Assembly: GCA_902756775.1 (NCBI GenBank)
Contig: CACVSR010000001.1
Location: forward strand, 1-50,018
Origin: an uncultured Lachnospiraceae bacterium
GTDB taxonomy: Bacteria > Bacillota > Clostridia > Lachnospirales > Lachnospiraceae
DNA length: 50,018 nucleotides
Direction of reading: 5' to 3'
In this document: piece after piece, positions 38,112-47,995 of the stretch
How positions within the stretch are numbered: the stretch's first letter is position 1
Layout of the letters: the number at the start of each line of letters is the position of its first letter
Made by a program: the position numbers and the translations under genes
Notes under the pieces: model-generated
Seen by the model: only the letters and a program-made list of their open reading frames with translations
The model's database searches: none
What the model was told of the DNA's origin: nothing

Positions 38112-38819
38112 GTGACAGGAATGATTAAGGATGATTATGAAGCAGTAGAGGCAAACATTGAAAAGGCGTGCAGAAAAGCCGGACGCAGCAGAAGCGAGGT
38201 CACACTGATCGCGGTCAGCAAGACCAAGCCGGTGGAGATGCTCCGGGAGGTCTATGACCTGGGACAGCGTGACTTCGGCGAAAACAAGGTACAGGAGATG
38301 AAGGATAAAATTCCTCAGCTTCCGGGGGACATTCGCTGGCATCTGATCGGCCACCTGCAGCGTAACAAGGTGAAATATATTGCCGGGACGGTCGCTATGA
38401 TCCACTCGGTAGACACATGGGAGCTGGCGGAAACCATTCAGAAGGAAGCCGCAAAACACAACCGCGTGATTCCGGTTCTGCTGGAGGTAAATGTTGCCGG
38501 AGAGGATTCCAAGTTCGGTCTGACCGTTGCGGAGACCCCGGCTCTGGCAAGGGAGATCGCACAGCTTCCGAATGTGCGTGTTGAAGGGCTGATGACAGTC
38601 GCTCCCTATGTCCCGGACCCGGAGGAGAACCGCCCGGTGTTCCGAACCCTCAGACAATTAAGTGTTGACATCGCAGGAGAAAATATTGATAATGTAAACA
38701 TGAATGTGCTCAGCATGGGAATGACCAACGACTACGAAGTCGCCATCGAAGAGGGCGCTACGCTGGTTCGTGTCGGAACCGGAATCTTCGGGGCACGAAA
38801 TTATAATGTGGAGAATTAG
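38112..38819 (+). CDS. yggS: YggS family PLP homeostasis protein
   Basis: LIAVSKTKP, FGENKVQE, WHLIGHLQRNK, GLMT, LSMGMTND and VRVGTGIFG motifs. Confidence 0.96.
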   Translation: MTGMIKDDYEAVEANIEKACRKAGRSRSEVTLIAVSKTKPVEMLREVYDLGQRDFGENKVQEMKDKIPQLPGDIRWHLIGHLQRNKVKYIAGTVAMIHSVDTWELAETIQKEAAKHNRVIPVLLEVNVAGEDSKFGLTVAETPALAREIAQLPNVRVEGLMTVAPYVPDPEENRPVFRTLRQLSVDIAGENIDNVNMNVLSMGMTNDYEVAIEEGATLVRVGTGIFGARNYNVEN

Positions 38820-38822
38820 ACA

Positions 38823-39416
38823 ATGGGTTTATTTGATAAGTTTCTGGATGCTGTCCGTCTGAATGATGAATATGATGAGGACGAGGATGAATTCTTCGAT
38901 GATGACGACTTCGAGGAAGAGGAGGAACCGGAAAAGAAGCATTTCTTCAAGCGCACTTCTTCCCAGAAGGAAAAGGAGCCCGTTGAAGAACCGGCAGACA
39001 GGGATGAGGAAGCTCCTGTTCTGAAAACCAGACCGGAGCCAAAGACAACCAATTACACCTATGTAAAACCGAAAACGTCCTCACAGAAGGTTACCCCCAT
39101 GCGGAGCAAAAAATCCGCCGCGCCTGCCGCCCAGATGGAGGTCTGTGTGATCAAGCCCACCAAGGTGGAGGATTACCGCGAAATTGCGGACACCCTGCTT
39201 TCCAACTGCACGGTTGTGCTGAATCTGGAGGGGCTGGATGTGGAGCTGGCGCAGAGAATCATTGATTTCTCCTCCGGTTCCTGCTATGCCATAAACGGCG
39301 GCCTGCAGAAGGTTTCCAGCTTTATCTTCATCCTGACACCTGCGGATGTGGAGATTACCGGGGATATTCAGGATCTTCTGAATGGAGCCATTCCGTCCAT
39401 GCGTACCTCCTTCTGA
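38823..39416 (+). CDS. sepF: Cell division protein SepF
   Basis: Amphipathic N-terminus, acidic linker, VVLNLEG, AQRIIDF.SG and IFILTP motifs. Confidence 0.92.
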   Translation: MGLFDKFLDAVRLNDEYDEDEDEFFDDDDFEEEEEPEKKHFFKRTSSQKEKEPVEEPADRDEEAPVLKTRPEPKTTNYTYVKPKTSSQKVTPMRSKKSAAPAAQMEVCVIKPTKVEDYREIADTLLSNCTVVLNLEGLDVELAQRIIDFSSGSCYAINGGLQKVSSFIFILTPADVEITGDIQDLLNGAIPSMRTSF

Positions 39417-39503
39417 AAATGCATAATAGGAAATAAAAACAAAAAACAGAGCATCAGACAGCCGAAAATCTCTCTGGTGCTCTTCTTTTATGAGGTGATA
39501 AAA

Positions 39504-40619
39504 ATGATAGATCTGCCGGAAACAGCTTCTATAACAGTAAAGAGAACGAATACCGGGGACGGTTTTTCTTATCCGATTCTCTGGGAACACAGCTTTGACG
39601 GACTGCAGAAGGCTCTGCGGGACATACCGGATCTGCATCCATCCAGGGTTTGCATTGTGACGGACAGCACGGTGGCGGAGCTGTACCTGTCAGAAGTGCT
39701 GGATGCACTGGATGGATGGGCTTCGGTGCTGGAATCTTTTGTCTTTCCGGCAGGGGAACAGAGCAAAAATCTGGATACGGTTTCTGACCTCTATCAGGTT
39801 CTGGTGGCAAAGCACTTTGAGCGGAAGGATCTGCTTGTTGCCCTCGGCGGAGGCGTAACCGGGGATCTGGCCGGCTTTGCGGCTGCCACTTATTTAAGGG
39901 GGATTGATTTTATCCAGGTGCCGACCACGCTGTTGTCCCAGGTTGACAGCAGCGTCGGCGGAAAGACAGGCGTGGACTTCCAGCAGTACAAAAACATGGT
40001 CGGGGCTTTTCATCAGCCACGACTGGTCTACATGAACATGTCGGTTCTGCGTACCCTGCCGGAGGAACAGTTTGTTTCCGGTATGGGCGAGGTTATCAAA
40101 ACCGCCCTGATCCGGGACGCAGAGCTTTTCCGCTATCTGGATGAGAATCGTGTCCTGGTGAAAGCCAGAAATCCGGAGGCCATGATCCGTGTGATACGCG
40201 CCTGCTGCGAGGTAAAGGCTGCAGTTGTGGAAGAGGATCCGACTGAAAAGGGAATCCGGGGAATTCTGAATTACGGACACACGCTGGGACATGCGGTAGA
40301 AAAATGCAGCGGGCTCGCCCTGCTGCACGGACAGTGTGTCGGGATCGGTATGATCGGAGCATCCTGGCTGTCAATGCGGCGAGGAGGCATTTCTGAGGAA
40401 ACGTACCGGAAAATCTGCGAGGTCTGTCTTTCCTACGGGCTGCCGGATTCGGTAAGCGGGCTATCCCCGGAAGAAATCGTGCAAGCCTCCAAATCGGATA
40501 AAAAGATGGAAGGCGGAAAAATTAAATTTATCCTGCTTCATCAGATCGGAGACGCATTTATCGATAAAAATGTATCAGACAGAGAGCTGCTGGATGCCGC
40601 TGCTGTCCTGTGCCGGTAA
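39504..40619 (+). CDS. aroB: 3-dehydroquinate synthase
   Basis: GEQSK, LGGGVTGDLAGF, VPTTLLSQVDSSVGGKTG, LNYGHTLGH and DKK motifs. Start set at ATG 39504. Confidence 0.96.
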   Translation: MIDLPETASITVKRTNTGDGFSYPILWEHSFDGLQKALRDIPDLHPSRVCIVTDSTVAELYLSEVLDALDGWASVLESFVFPAGEQSKNLDTVSDLYQVLVAKHFERKDLLVALGGGVTGDLAGFAAATYLRGIDFIQVPTTLLSQVDSSVGGKTGVDFQQYKNMVGAFHQPRLVYMNMSVLRTLPEEQFVSGMGEVIKTALIRDAELFRYLDENRVLVKARNPEAMIRVIRACCEVKAAVVEEDPTEKGIRGILNYGHTLGHAVEKCSGLALLHGQCVGIGMIGASWLSMRRGGISEETYRKICEVCLSYGLPDSVSGLSPEEIVQASKSDKKMEGGKIKFILLHQIGDAFIDKNVSDRELLDAAAVLCR

Positions 40620-40782
40620 TTGATTGCCTGTGTGTTTTGACTTTAATGCTGCCACTATACAGTGTAACTGTCGGCTTCTGCGGATGGCTGCAATATCTCT
40701 ACTGTCCTGCACAACTGCCTGCTTCTGCGCCTGACTGCAATGAGCCGTTTTTTAGCCGCCGGATCAAACCTTGAGGGTGAAA

Positions 40783-41316
40783 ATGGAAATGAATTCTAAA
40801 CCAAAAAAATATTCTGCTCCGCTTCTGTATGCCGGAATGGTTCTGTTTGTATTTGTTCTGGTTCTGGCCGACCAGTTTACCAAGCATCTGGCCGTGCTTT
40901 TCCTGAAAAACAGGCCTCCCGTTGTCCTGATACCGGGGATTCTGGAGCTGCAGTATCTGGAGAACCGCGGAGCTGCCTTCAGTATGCTCCAAAACAGACA
41001 GGGATTCTTCTATGTGCTGACAACGATATTTCTGGTTCTGATTCTTCTTTTTATGAGAAGGGTTCCCAAAACCAGGCGAATGCGTCCGCTGATTCTCACG
41101 CTTCTGGTACTGGCTGCCGGAGCCTGCGGAAATCTGATTGACCGGGTTGTCTCCAAATATGTGGTAGATTTTATCTATTTTGTCGTGATTGATTTTCCAG
41201 TATTCAATGTGGCAGATATCTACGTCACCCTGTCGGTGATTTCTCTGATTATCCTGATCTTGTTTCATTACAGGGACAATGATCTGGATTTCCTGAAGAA
41301 AAAGAAGGCGGCCTGA
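40783..41316 (+). CDS. lspA: Lipoprotein signal peptidase II
   Basis: DQFTK, NRGAAFS, GACGNLIDR, VVDFI and FNVAD motifs. Confidence 0.95.
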   Translation: MEMNSKPKKYSAPLLYAGMVLFVFVLVLADQFTKHLAVLFLKNRPPVVLIPGILELQYLENRGAAFSMLQNRQGFFYVLTTIFLVLILLFMRRVPKTRRMRPLILTLLVLAAGACGNLIDRVVSKYVVDFIYFVVIDFPVFNVADIYVTLSVISLIILILFHYRDNDLDFLKKKKAA

Positions 41317-41321
41317 TTATT

Positions 41322-42326
41322 ATGCGGAATATCTGTCTGACCGTAGAGGCTGATTACGACAACAGCAGAATAGATGCATTCCTTTCGGAACATCTGGAAG
41401 AGCTCTCCCGGTCTTACGTGCAGAAGCTGATTAAAAACGGATGTGTTCTGGTGGGACAGAAGCCTGTCCGTGCAAGCTTCCGGGTAAAAGAAGGCGACCG
41501 GGTTATCCTTTCTCTTCCGGATGACAGGGAACCGGATATTCAGCCGGAGGATATTCCGCTGGATATTTTATATGAGGATGAGGATCTTCTGGTGGTAAAC
41601 AAGCCTAAGGGAATGGTCGTCCATCCGGCTCCCGGACACATGGAGCATACGCTGGTCAATGCGCTTCTGTATCACTGCCGCGGCTCTCTCTCCGGCATTA
41701 ACGGGGTACTCCGGCCGGGCATTGTCCATCGGATTGACCGGGACACGACAGGAGCCCTTGTCGTTTGTAAAAATGACCGCACACACCGCGCCCTGGCGGA
41801 ACAGCTGGCTGTCCACAGCATTCACCGGAAATACCGTGCGATTGTACACGGATGCTTCAGGGATGACAGGCTTCCTCAGGCCGTCAGACCCAAAGAGCGT
41901 CCTTTCCTTTCCTGCGAGTGGGAAGCTGGTGCCGGGCAGAATGGAAAAGAGCTTCGGTTCTGTATACGCGGTAATATTGGAAGAGATAAAAATGACCGAA
42001 AAAAAATGACCGTTGTAGACGCCGCCTCCGGGAAAACTGCGGTGACGCATGTAACGGTTCTGCGGACCATGAAGGAGTATTCCTATATCGAATGTGAACT
42101 GGAGACCGGACGCACGCATCAGATCCGGGTGCATATGGCTCATATCGGCCACCCGGTTCTGGGAGATCCGGTTTACGGTCCTGCCAGATGCCCGGTAAAG
42201 GGACTGGAGGGACAGACATTGCACGCCATGACACTGGGATTTCTCCATCCGGGAACCGGGAAATATCTGGAATGCTCCGCCGAGCTGCCGGAATATTTTC
42301 AAAAACTTCTGAAAACACTGCCATAA
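41322..42326 (+). CDS. RluA/RluD family 23S rRNA pseudouridine synthase
   Basis: S4 domain, NKPKGMVVHP, HRIDRDTTG, LETGRTHQIRVH, GDPVYG and LHA motifs. Confidence 0.94.
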   Translation: MRNICLTVEADYDNSRIDAFLSEHLEELSRSYVQKLIKNGCVLVGQKPVRASFRVKEGDRVILSLPDDREPDIQPEDIPLDILYEDEDLLVVNKPKGMVVHPAPGHMEHTLVNALLYHCRGSLSGINGVLRPGIVHRIDRDTTGALVVCKNDRTHRALAEQLAVHSIHRKYRAIVHGCFRDDRLPQAVRPKERPFLSCEWEAGAGQNGKELRFCIRGNIGRDKNDRKKMTVVDAASGKTAVTHVTVLRTMKEYSYIECELETGRTHQIRVHMAHIGHPVLGDPVYGPARCPVKGLEGQTLHAMTLGFLHPGTGKYLECSAELPEYFQKLLKTLP

Positions 42327-42417
42327 GCGAATAATTTATGTGCAAATCTTACAAAAAGTATGATATAATGCGTTTATCAGAAGAACATCGTATTTCCTTT
42401 AAGCAAGGAGGTTCCCT

Positions 42418-43077
42418 ATGAAAACCATTATTACGATTGGGCGTGAATTTGGCAGCGGCGGACATCAGATCGGAAAAAGGCTTGCGTCTGATCTGGGTAT
42501 TCCTTATTACGATAAAGAGCTTCTTGACAGAGCGGCAAAGGAGAGCGGACTCTGCAAGGAGATCTTTGAGAATCAGGATGAAAAGCCGACCAGCAGTTTT
42601 CTCTATTCTTTAGTCATGGATACCTACAGCTTCGGCTATTCCTCCAATACATTAAGCGAAATGCCGCTCAGCCAGAAGGTATTTCTGGCGCAGTACAACA
42701 CCATTAAAAAAATAGCGAAGGAAGGCCCCTGTGTCATCATCGGGAGGTGTGCGGACTATGCTCTCGCGGAGGATCCGAACCTGCTCAGCGTCTTTATCCA
42801 TGCAGATACGGAGCTTCGTGTCAAACGAATTTCCAGCCTGTATGACCTGAGCGACAACAAGGCGCGTGACCGGATCCGGAAAAATGACAAGAGCCGATCC
42901 AGCTACTATAATTACTACACAAGCAGGGACTGGGGAGCCGCAAACAGCTACAATCTCTGCCTGGACAGCGGAATGCTGGGATTTGACGGGTGTATAGCTG
43001 TGATTAAAGAAGCCGTAAAGCTGAAGGAAGCAGGAATTAAACATCCGATCACGCTGATTGATCCGGATATCAGCTGA
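42418..43077 (+). CDS. Cytidylate kinase-like family protein
   Basis: ITIGREFGSGG, YYDKEL, CVIIGRCADY and YYNYYT..WG...Y.L.LDS motifs. Upstream TG-A-TATAAT at 42361-42369. Confidence 0.88.
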   Translation: MKTIITIGREFGSGGHQIGKRLASDLGIPYYDKELLDRAAKESGLCKEIFENQDEKPTSSFLYSLVMDTYSFGYSSNTLSEMPLSQKVFLAQYNTIKKIAKEGPCVIIGRCADYALAEDPNLLSVFIHADTELRVKRISSLYDLSDNKARDRIRKNDKSRSSYYNYYTSRDWGAANSYNLCLDSGMLGFDGCIAVIKEAVKLKEAGIKHPITLIDPDIS

Positions 43078-43116
43078 GTCTGGTTTATTGTTTATCATAC
43101 GAAACATAATAATATG

Positions 43117-43161
43117 AAAAAAGGAATATTCTCACTCATCTTCCAGAATATTCCTTTTTTT
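43117..43161. terminator. Bidirectional-type terminator / 16-bp inverted repeat
   Basis: AAAAAAGGAATATTCT-N12-AGAATATTCCTTTTTT. Confidence 0.7.
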
Positions 43162-43408
43162 CTGCTTATTTCTGTTCCGTACAGATAACTGAAGGCTTGC
43201 TGCCATGTTTCGGTCAAGCTTTTTATCCGTAGACGGTGATAGCGCGCAAGCCTTCTTAAGCATTGATTATATAGGCACATCTGATACCCAGTTATAACCG
43301 ATCTGTATTATACATTCCTTCAGAAAGAAGATATAATTTCAAACATAGTAATTAAGTATGAAAAGTATGATATTACTTGTGCTGCTTTTCAGAAGGGAGT
43401 GTAAGAGC

Positions 43409-44809
43409 ATGGAGGATTATACGGCTGCTGTTTTTCCGGCTGCGGAATCTGTAAAGACCAGAGAAAAATCCGGTTTGGGCAGGCTGGCGACTTCTATGTT
43501 TAAGATCGGCCTGATCGGTTTTGGGGGCGGGAGTGCGCTGATTCCGGTTATTGAAGAAGAGGTCGTAACTGAGCAGGGACTAGTAAAAGACGAGGATTAT
43601 GAGCAGGCTGTTATCTCTGCCTGCGTGACTCCCGGCGCTCTTCCGGTAGAGATTGCCGCCGGTGTGGGACGGCGTACCTACGGAATCAGGGGAATGCTTG
43701 CCGCTGCCTTCGCGATCGCGCTGCCGGGTGCATTTCTGACAGTTCTTCTTTTATCAGCTTTTTCAGGAAGCAGGAATTCTTCTTTTGAAATTATCCGATA
43801 TCTTTCTGTCGGGCTGGGAGGATTTATCTGCAGCCTTCTTGCCGGCTATTCTTTCAAGACTGCTTCCGATTTTTCTGCTTTCGGAAGGAGAAAATTTTTT
43901 TCTGCGCTTGCTATTATGGGAGCGGTATTTTTCCTGACCGGACTGAAACCTCTTCTTTCTCTTCTTGGACTGGAAGGAATTGCGGAACATCTGATCAAGC
44001 TTTCCACTTTTCAGGTTTTGATTCTTTCCTTTATTGTTATGTTCACTGTTTACGTAGCAAAGACTTTTCTCAGAAGAGGGGGGAAGCAGAATCCTTCCTC
44101 TGCATCACAAAGGATAATAAAAACAGTCAGCAGACAGGAGTATGCTTCTATTCTGAAGGAATCTCTGGTCTGGATTGTCTTTGCGGCTGTTTGTTCGCTT
44201 CCTTTTTTGTTTCTCTGCCGTGACGGAATCCACTATATTCTGAAAGGACTGGTATCTTCCCTGATGTCCTTCGGGGGAGGGGACGCCTATCTTTCTGTCG
44301 CAGACGGCCTGTTTGTAGAGAGTGGTATGATCAGCCAGGACGCTTTTTATGGGATTCTGGTTCCGATTGCAAATGTTCTTCCCGGTTCGATTCTTTGTAA
44401 AATACTGACAGGAACCGGCTATCTGGTCGGAATTGGTGCCACAGGTTCTGCTGTCATCGGAGCTGCCGGGGCAGCCGCCGGATTTGCTGTCAGTATTGCC
44501 GCTTCCGGTATGATCTTCGGAATTGTTTACTGGATTTTCCGCACTTTTCGTAAGGTTTCTTTCTTCCGGGAAATCAGCGTATGGATTCGCCCGATTATCA
44601 GCGGGCTTCTGCTGGGCGTTACGGTAACCATGCTGAAAACAAATGTCTCTACGGCGGGGGCGCTGAGAAAGGGAGAATTACCTGCCCTGCTGCTTACGGC
44701 AGGAATCGCCGCAGGAGATCTGATTTTGATGAACAGGAAGAAAATGAACAGCGTGACGGCAATGAGTTTATCTGCCGCTGCAGGTTCGATTGCCTTGCTG
44801 CTTCTGTAA
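43409..44809 (+). CDS. Chromate ion transporter (CHR) family, bidomain long-chain
   Basis: Two repeats carrying KIGLIGFGGG...TPG and MSFGGG...LPGS motifs; many TM segments. Start probably ATG 43409. Confidence 0.85.
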   Translation: MEDYTAAVFPAAESVKTREKSGLGRLATSMFKIGLIGFGGGSALIPVIEEEVVTEQGLVKDEDYEQAVISACVTPGALPVEIAAGVGRRTYGIRGMLAAAFAIALPGAFLTVLLLSAFSGSRNSSFEIIRYLSVGLGGFICSLLAGYSFKTASDFSAFGRRKFFSALAIMGAVFFLTGLKPLLSLLGLEGIAEHLIKLSTFQVLILSFIVMFTVYVAKTFLRRGGKQNPSSASQRIIKTVSRQEYASILKESLVWIVFAAVCSLPFLFLCRDGIHYILKGLVSSLMSFGGGDAYLSVADGLFVESGMISQDAFYGILVPIANVLPGSILCKILTGTGYLVGIGATGSAVIGAAGAAAGFAVSIAASGMIFGIVYWIFRTFRKVSFFREISVWIRPIISGLLLGVTVTMLKTNVSTAGALRKGELPALLLTAGIAAGDLILMNRKKMNSVTAMSLSAAAGSIALLLL

Positions 44810-44929
44810 AAAGTTTCGGAAATACTATGTGTTTTAGAATCCGATAAGAAGGGTATCAGAAAATCAGGGAAGAACACTGTAAACATCTTATGATAATGAA
44901 ATTTGTATAATAAAGCAGGAGTTTTACTT

Positions 44930-46666
44930 ATGACGGAAAACGGACTGACAATCAAACGGCTGACGGCAGATGTTCTGATCATCGGCGGCGGAACGGCCGG
45001 CTGTTACGCGGCAATTACCATTGGAAGGCGATCGGGGCGGAGCGTACTGATCGCCGAAAAAGCGGATATCCGGCGCAGCGGATGTCTTGCCGCTGGCGTG
45101 AACGCACTGAATGCCTACCTTTCCGACGGCCACACACCGGAAGACTACCTGGAGTATGCCAGAAAGGATGCGGAGTCCATTATCCGGGATGATCTGGTTC
45201 TATCGCTGGCTGAGCGTGTGAATACTGTCACAGAAGATCTGGAAAGACTGGGACTGGTCATTCTGAAGGATCAGGAGGGAAACTATGTTACCAGAGGATG
45301 GCGGAATGTAAAAATCAATGGAGAGAATATCAAACCTCTTTTGGCACAGGAAGTTTCCAGGCAGGAACATGTAACGGTTCTGAACCACATCAACATCACG
45401 GATCTGAAACAGTCCGGAGACGGGCGGGTATGCGGTGCTTACGGTTTTTCTGTCCGCGAGAAGATCGCTTATGAGATACGTGCATCGGCTGTGCTGATTG
45501 CCTCCGGTGGAGCTTCCGGACTTTACCGGCCGAATAATCCCGGTTTTTCCCGTCACAAGATGTGGTATCCGCCTTTCAATACGGGAGGGGGTTATGCCAT
45601 GGGGATACGGGCCGGAGCAGAGATGACAACACTGGAGAATCGTTTTGTTGCTCTGCGGTGCAAGGATACCATTGCGCCGACAGGAACCATCGCGCAGGGC
45701 GTTCATGCCCCGCAGATCAACGCCTCCGGAGAAGTCTACGAAAAAAAATATGGATTGACAACTCCGCAGAGAATCTACGGAACGGTAGAAGAGTGCAGAA
45801 AGGGCAGAGGTCCCTGCTATCTTGCCACGGCCGGAATCAGCAGGAAGGCAGAGGATGAGCTGTTTAAGGCGTATTTGAACATGGCTCCTATGCAGACACT
45901 GAAGTGGCTGGAGTCTGGAAAAGGACCTTCCGAAGAAAATGTGGAAATTGATGGGACAGAACCGTATGTAACAGGCGGACACACTGCCAGCGGATTCTGG
46001 GTAGATACCGGAAGGCGCACCACCCTGAAAGGACTCTACGCGGCCGGAGATGCTGCCGGCGGTGCTCCGCAGAAATATGTGACAGGCGCGCTGGCCGAGG
46101 GACAGATTGCGGCGGAAACCATTCTGCAGGATCTGCAGACAGAAGAGACAGAAGGCAGAAAGGACACAAATTCCTGCGCCAAAAATGAAACCAGTCCGTT
46201 CCGGCAGTACAGGGAATATCTGGACGGCGGAAGTTTTCCGGTTTCCTGCACTCAGGCGGAAGAAGCCATGCAGAAGATTATGGACGAATATGCCGGCGGG
46301 ATACGGACTGACTACCGTTATCATCGTGCAGGACTTCTTCTTGCCGACCAGAGAATCCGATCTCTGGAAAATCTATGCAAGAGGCTGCGGGCATCCGATA
46401 CCTTTGAACTGTTGCATATCTATGAGCTGCGGGAAAGGCTGACGGTATGCCGGGCGCTGATCGCGCATCTGCTTGCCAGAAGGGAAACCAGATGGCATAT
46501 CTTTGGGGAAAATACGGATTATGCCAATCCGGACAGCAGATTTGACTGCTATGTTAACTCTGTGTACCGTAACGGGGAATTCCAGATGCTTTGCAGACCT
46601 CTGGTACACGATAAAGGTTACAGTCATACACAGGAGAAAATCCTGCAGCCGGAGGTAAAGGAATGA
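44930..46666 (+). CDS. aprA: Adenylylsulfate (APS) reductase alpha subunit-like flavoprotein
   Basis: DVLIIGGGTAG FAD motif, EKADIRRSG.LA.G..ALN, INGE, WYPPFNTG, GAEMT, EPY..G.H..SG.W, GLYAAGD and RRETRW motifs. Confidence 0.88.
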   Translation: MTENGLTIKRLTADVLIIGGGTAGCYAAITIGRRSGRSVLIAEKADIRRSGCLAAGVNALNAYLSDGHTPEDYLEYARKDAESIIRDDLVLSLAERVNTVTEDLERLGLVILKDQEGNYVTRGWRNVKINGENIKPLLAQEVSRQEHVTVLNHINITDLKQSGDGRVCGAYGFSVREKIAYEIRASAVLIASGGASGLYRPNNPGFSRHKMWYPPFNTGGGYAMGIRAGAEMTTLENRFVALRCKDTIAPTGTIAQGVHAPQINASGEVYEKKYGLTTPQRIYGTVEECRKGRGPCYLATAGISRKAEDELFKAYLNMAPMQTLKWLESGKGPSEENVEIDGTEPYVTGGHTASGFWVDTGRRTTLKGLYAAGDAAGGAPQKYVTGALAEGQIAAETILQDLQTEETEGRKDTNSCAKNETSPFRQYREYLDGGSFPVSCTQAEEAMQKIMDEYAGGIRTDYRYHRAGLLLADQRIRSLENLCKRLRASDTFELLHIYELRERLTVCRALIAHLLARRETRWHIFGENTDYANPDSRFDCYVNSVYRNGEFQMLCRPLVHDKGYSHTQEKILQPEVKE

Positions 46667-46977
46667 GCATACACATCAATCAGAAAAAATGCGTCGGATG
46701 CGGGCGATGCGCCGATGCCTGTCCGGGCAGCCTGATCTGGCTGAATTCGTCCGGGAAGGCGGAGATCCGTATTCCGGAGGACTGCTGGGGATGTACCTCC
46801 TGCATGAAGGAATGTCCGACAGCGGCAATCAGCCTTTTTCTGGGAGCCGATATCGGCGGACAAGGCTCCGAACTATCAATTCGCAGAGAGGGAACCGTCA
46901 GCCGGTGGATCATGCACAGGTTCGACGGCACGGAAAAAGTGATTTCCGTGGACAGCAGAAATGCCAATTCCTACTAG
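46663..46977 (+). CDS. aprB: APS reductase beta subunit-like 2x[4Fe-4S] ferredoxin
   Basis: CVGCGRCADACP and CWGCTSCMKECP motifs; ATGA overlap with aprA; AprB-like tail (GAD..G...W...DG..K). Confidence 0.85.
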   Translation: MSIHINQKKCVGCGRCADACPGSLIWLNSSGKAEIRIPEDCWGCTSCMKECPTAAISLFLGADIGGQGSELSIRREGTVSRWIMHRFDGTEKVISVDSRNANSY

Positions 46978-47084
46978 CCGTAGTTCCGGCAGAAGAAAAG
47001 ACGGCATGGTAAAGCCGGGAATTTCTAAACCCACGCTATAGCCGTCGATTGAAAGCGACAACAAAAATACACAGGAGAAATAAA

Positions 47085-47993
47085 ATGAGTCAATTATCCT
47101 ATCTGGATCAGCTGGAAGCGGAGGCAATCTATATTATCCGGGAAGTAGCGGCGGAATGTGAAAAGCCCGTCATGCTGTATTCCGTCGGGAAGGACAGCAC
47201 GGTGATGCTGCATCTGGCGCTGAAGGCCTTTTACCCGGAGAAACCGCCGTTTCCCTTCCTTCACGTTAACACAACCTGGAAATTTCACGAGATGATCGAA
47301 TTCCGTGACGCGCAGGCAAAAAAATACGGTATTGAGATGATCGAGTGGATCAATCAGGACGGCATGAAAGCTGGAATTAACCCCTTTGATAACGGCGGAG
47401 CTTATACCGATATTATGAAAACGCAGGCGCTGAAACAGGCGCTGACCCGCTACGGATTCACCGCCGCCTTTGGCGGAGGCCGCAGGGACGAGGAAAAATC
47501 CCGCGCCAAGGAGAGAATTTTCTCCTTCCGAAATTCCGCGCAGGCCTGGGATCCCAAGAACCAGCGGCCGGAGCTCTGGAAACTGTACAACACGCAGATC
47601 AACAAGGGTGAGAGCATACGGGTATTCCCGCTTTCCAACTGGACAGAGAAAGACATCTGGCAGTATATCCGCAGAGAAAATCTGGACATTGTTTCGCTCT
47701 ACTACGCAAAGGAACGGCCGTGCATCGAACGGGACGGAAACCTGATAATGGTGGATGACAACCGGATCGTGGAAAAGCTGCATCTGAAGCCGGAGGATAT
47801 CCAGCATAAAAAAATCCGTTTCCGCACACTGGGCTGCTATCCGCTGACAGGCGGATTTGAGTCAGACGCTGACACTCTGGACGCGATTGTAAAAGAGACG
47901 CTGGGAGCTGCGGAATCGGAACGGACCAGCCGGGTGATTGATCACGACGGCGCGGCAAGCATGGAGAGAAGAAAAAGAGAGGGGTATTTCTAA
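47085..47993 (+). CDS. cysD: Sulfate adenylyltransferase subunit 2
   Basis: [56 protein letters not shown] and KREGYF motifs. Confidence 0.97.
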   Translation: MSQLSYLDQLEAEAIYIIREVAAECEKPVMLYSVGKDSTVMLHLALKAFYPEKPPFPFLHVNTTWKFHEMIEFRDAQAKKYGIEMIEWINQDGMKAGINPFDNGGAYTDIMKTQALKQALTRYGFTAAFGGGRRDEEKSRAKERIFSFRNSAQAWDPKNQRPELWKLYNTQINKGESIRVFPLSNWTEKDIWQYIRRENLDIVSLYYAKERPCIERDGNLIMVDDNRIVEKLHLKPEDIQHKKIRFRTLGCYPLTGGFESDADTLDAIVKETLGAAESERTSRVIDHDGAASMERRKREGYF

Positions 47994-47995
47994 GC

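Noticed and set aside
40620-40782. Possible sRNA or small ORF between aroB and lspA
   Set aside because: No convincing stem-loop family, RBS or ORF could be supported by eye.
43078-43408. SAM-I riboswitch or Cys/Met T-box ahead of the sulfur genes; also the 61-aa minus ORF 43095-43280
   Set aside because: There is no ATC.AGAG...GAGGGA...GCAACC core and no T-box AAGGTGGTACC-like motif. The small ORF has no RBS or motif support and runs through the terminator.
44930-46977. Evidence that the organism is a dissimilatory sulfate reducer
   Set aside because: There is no sat, qmoABC or dsrAB in the window, and linkage to cysDN points to assimilation.
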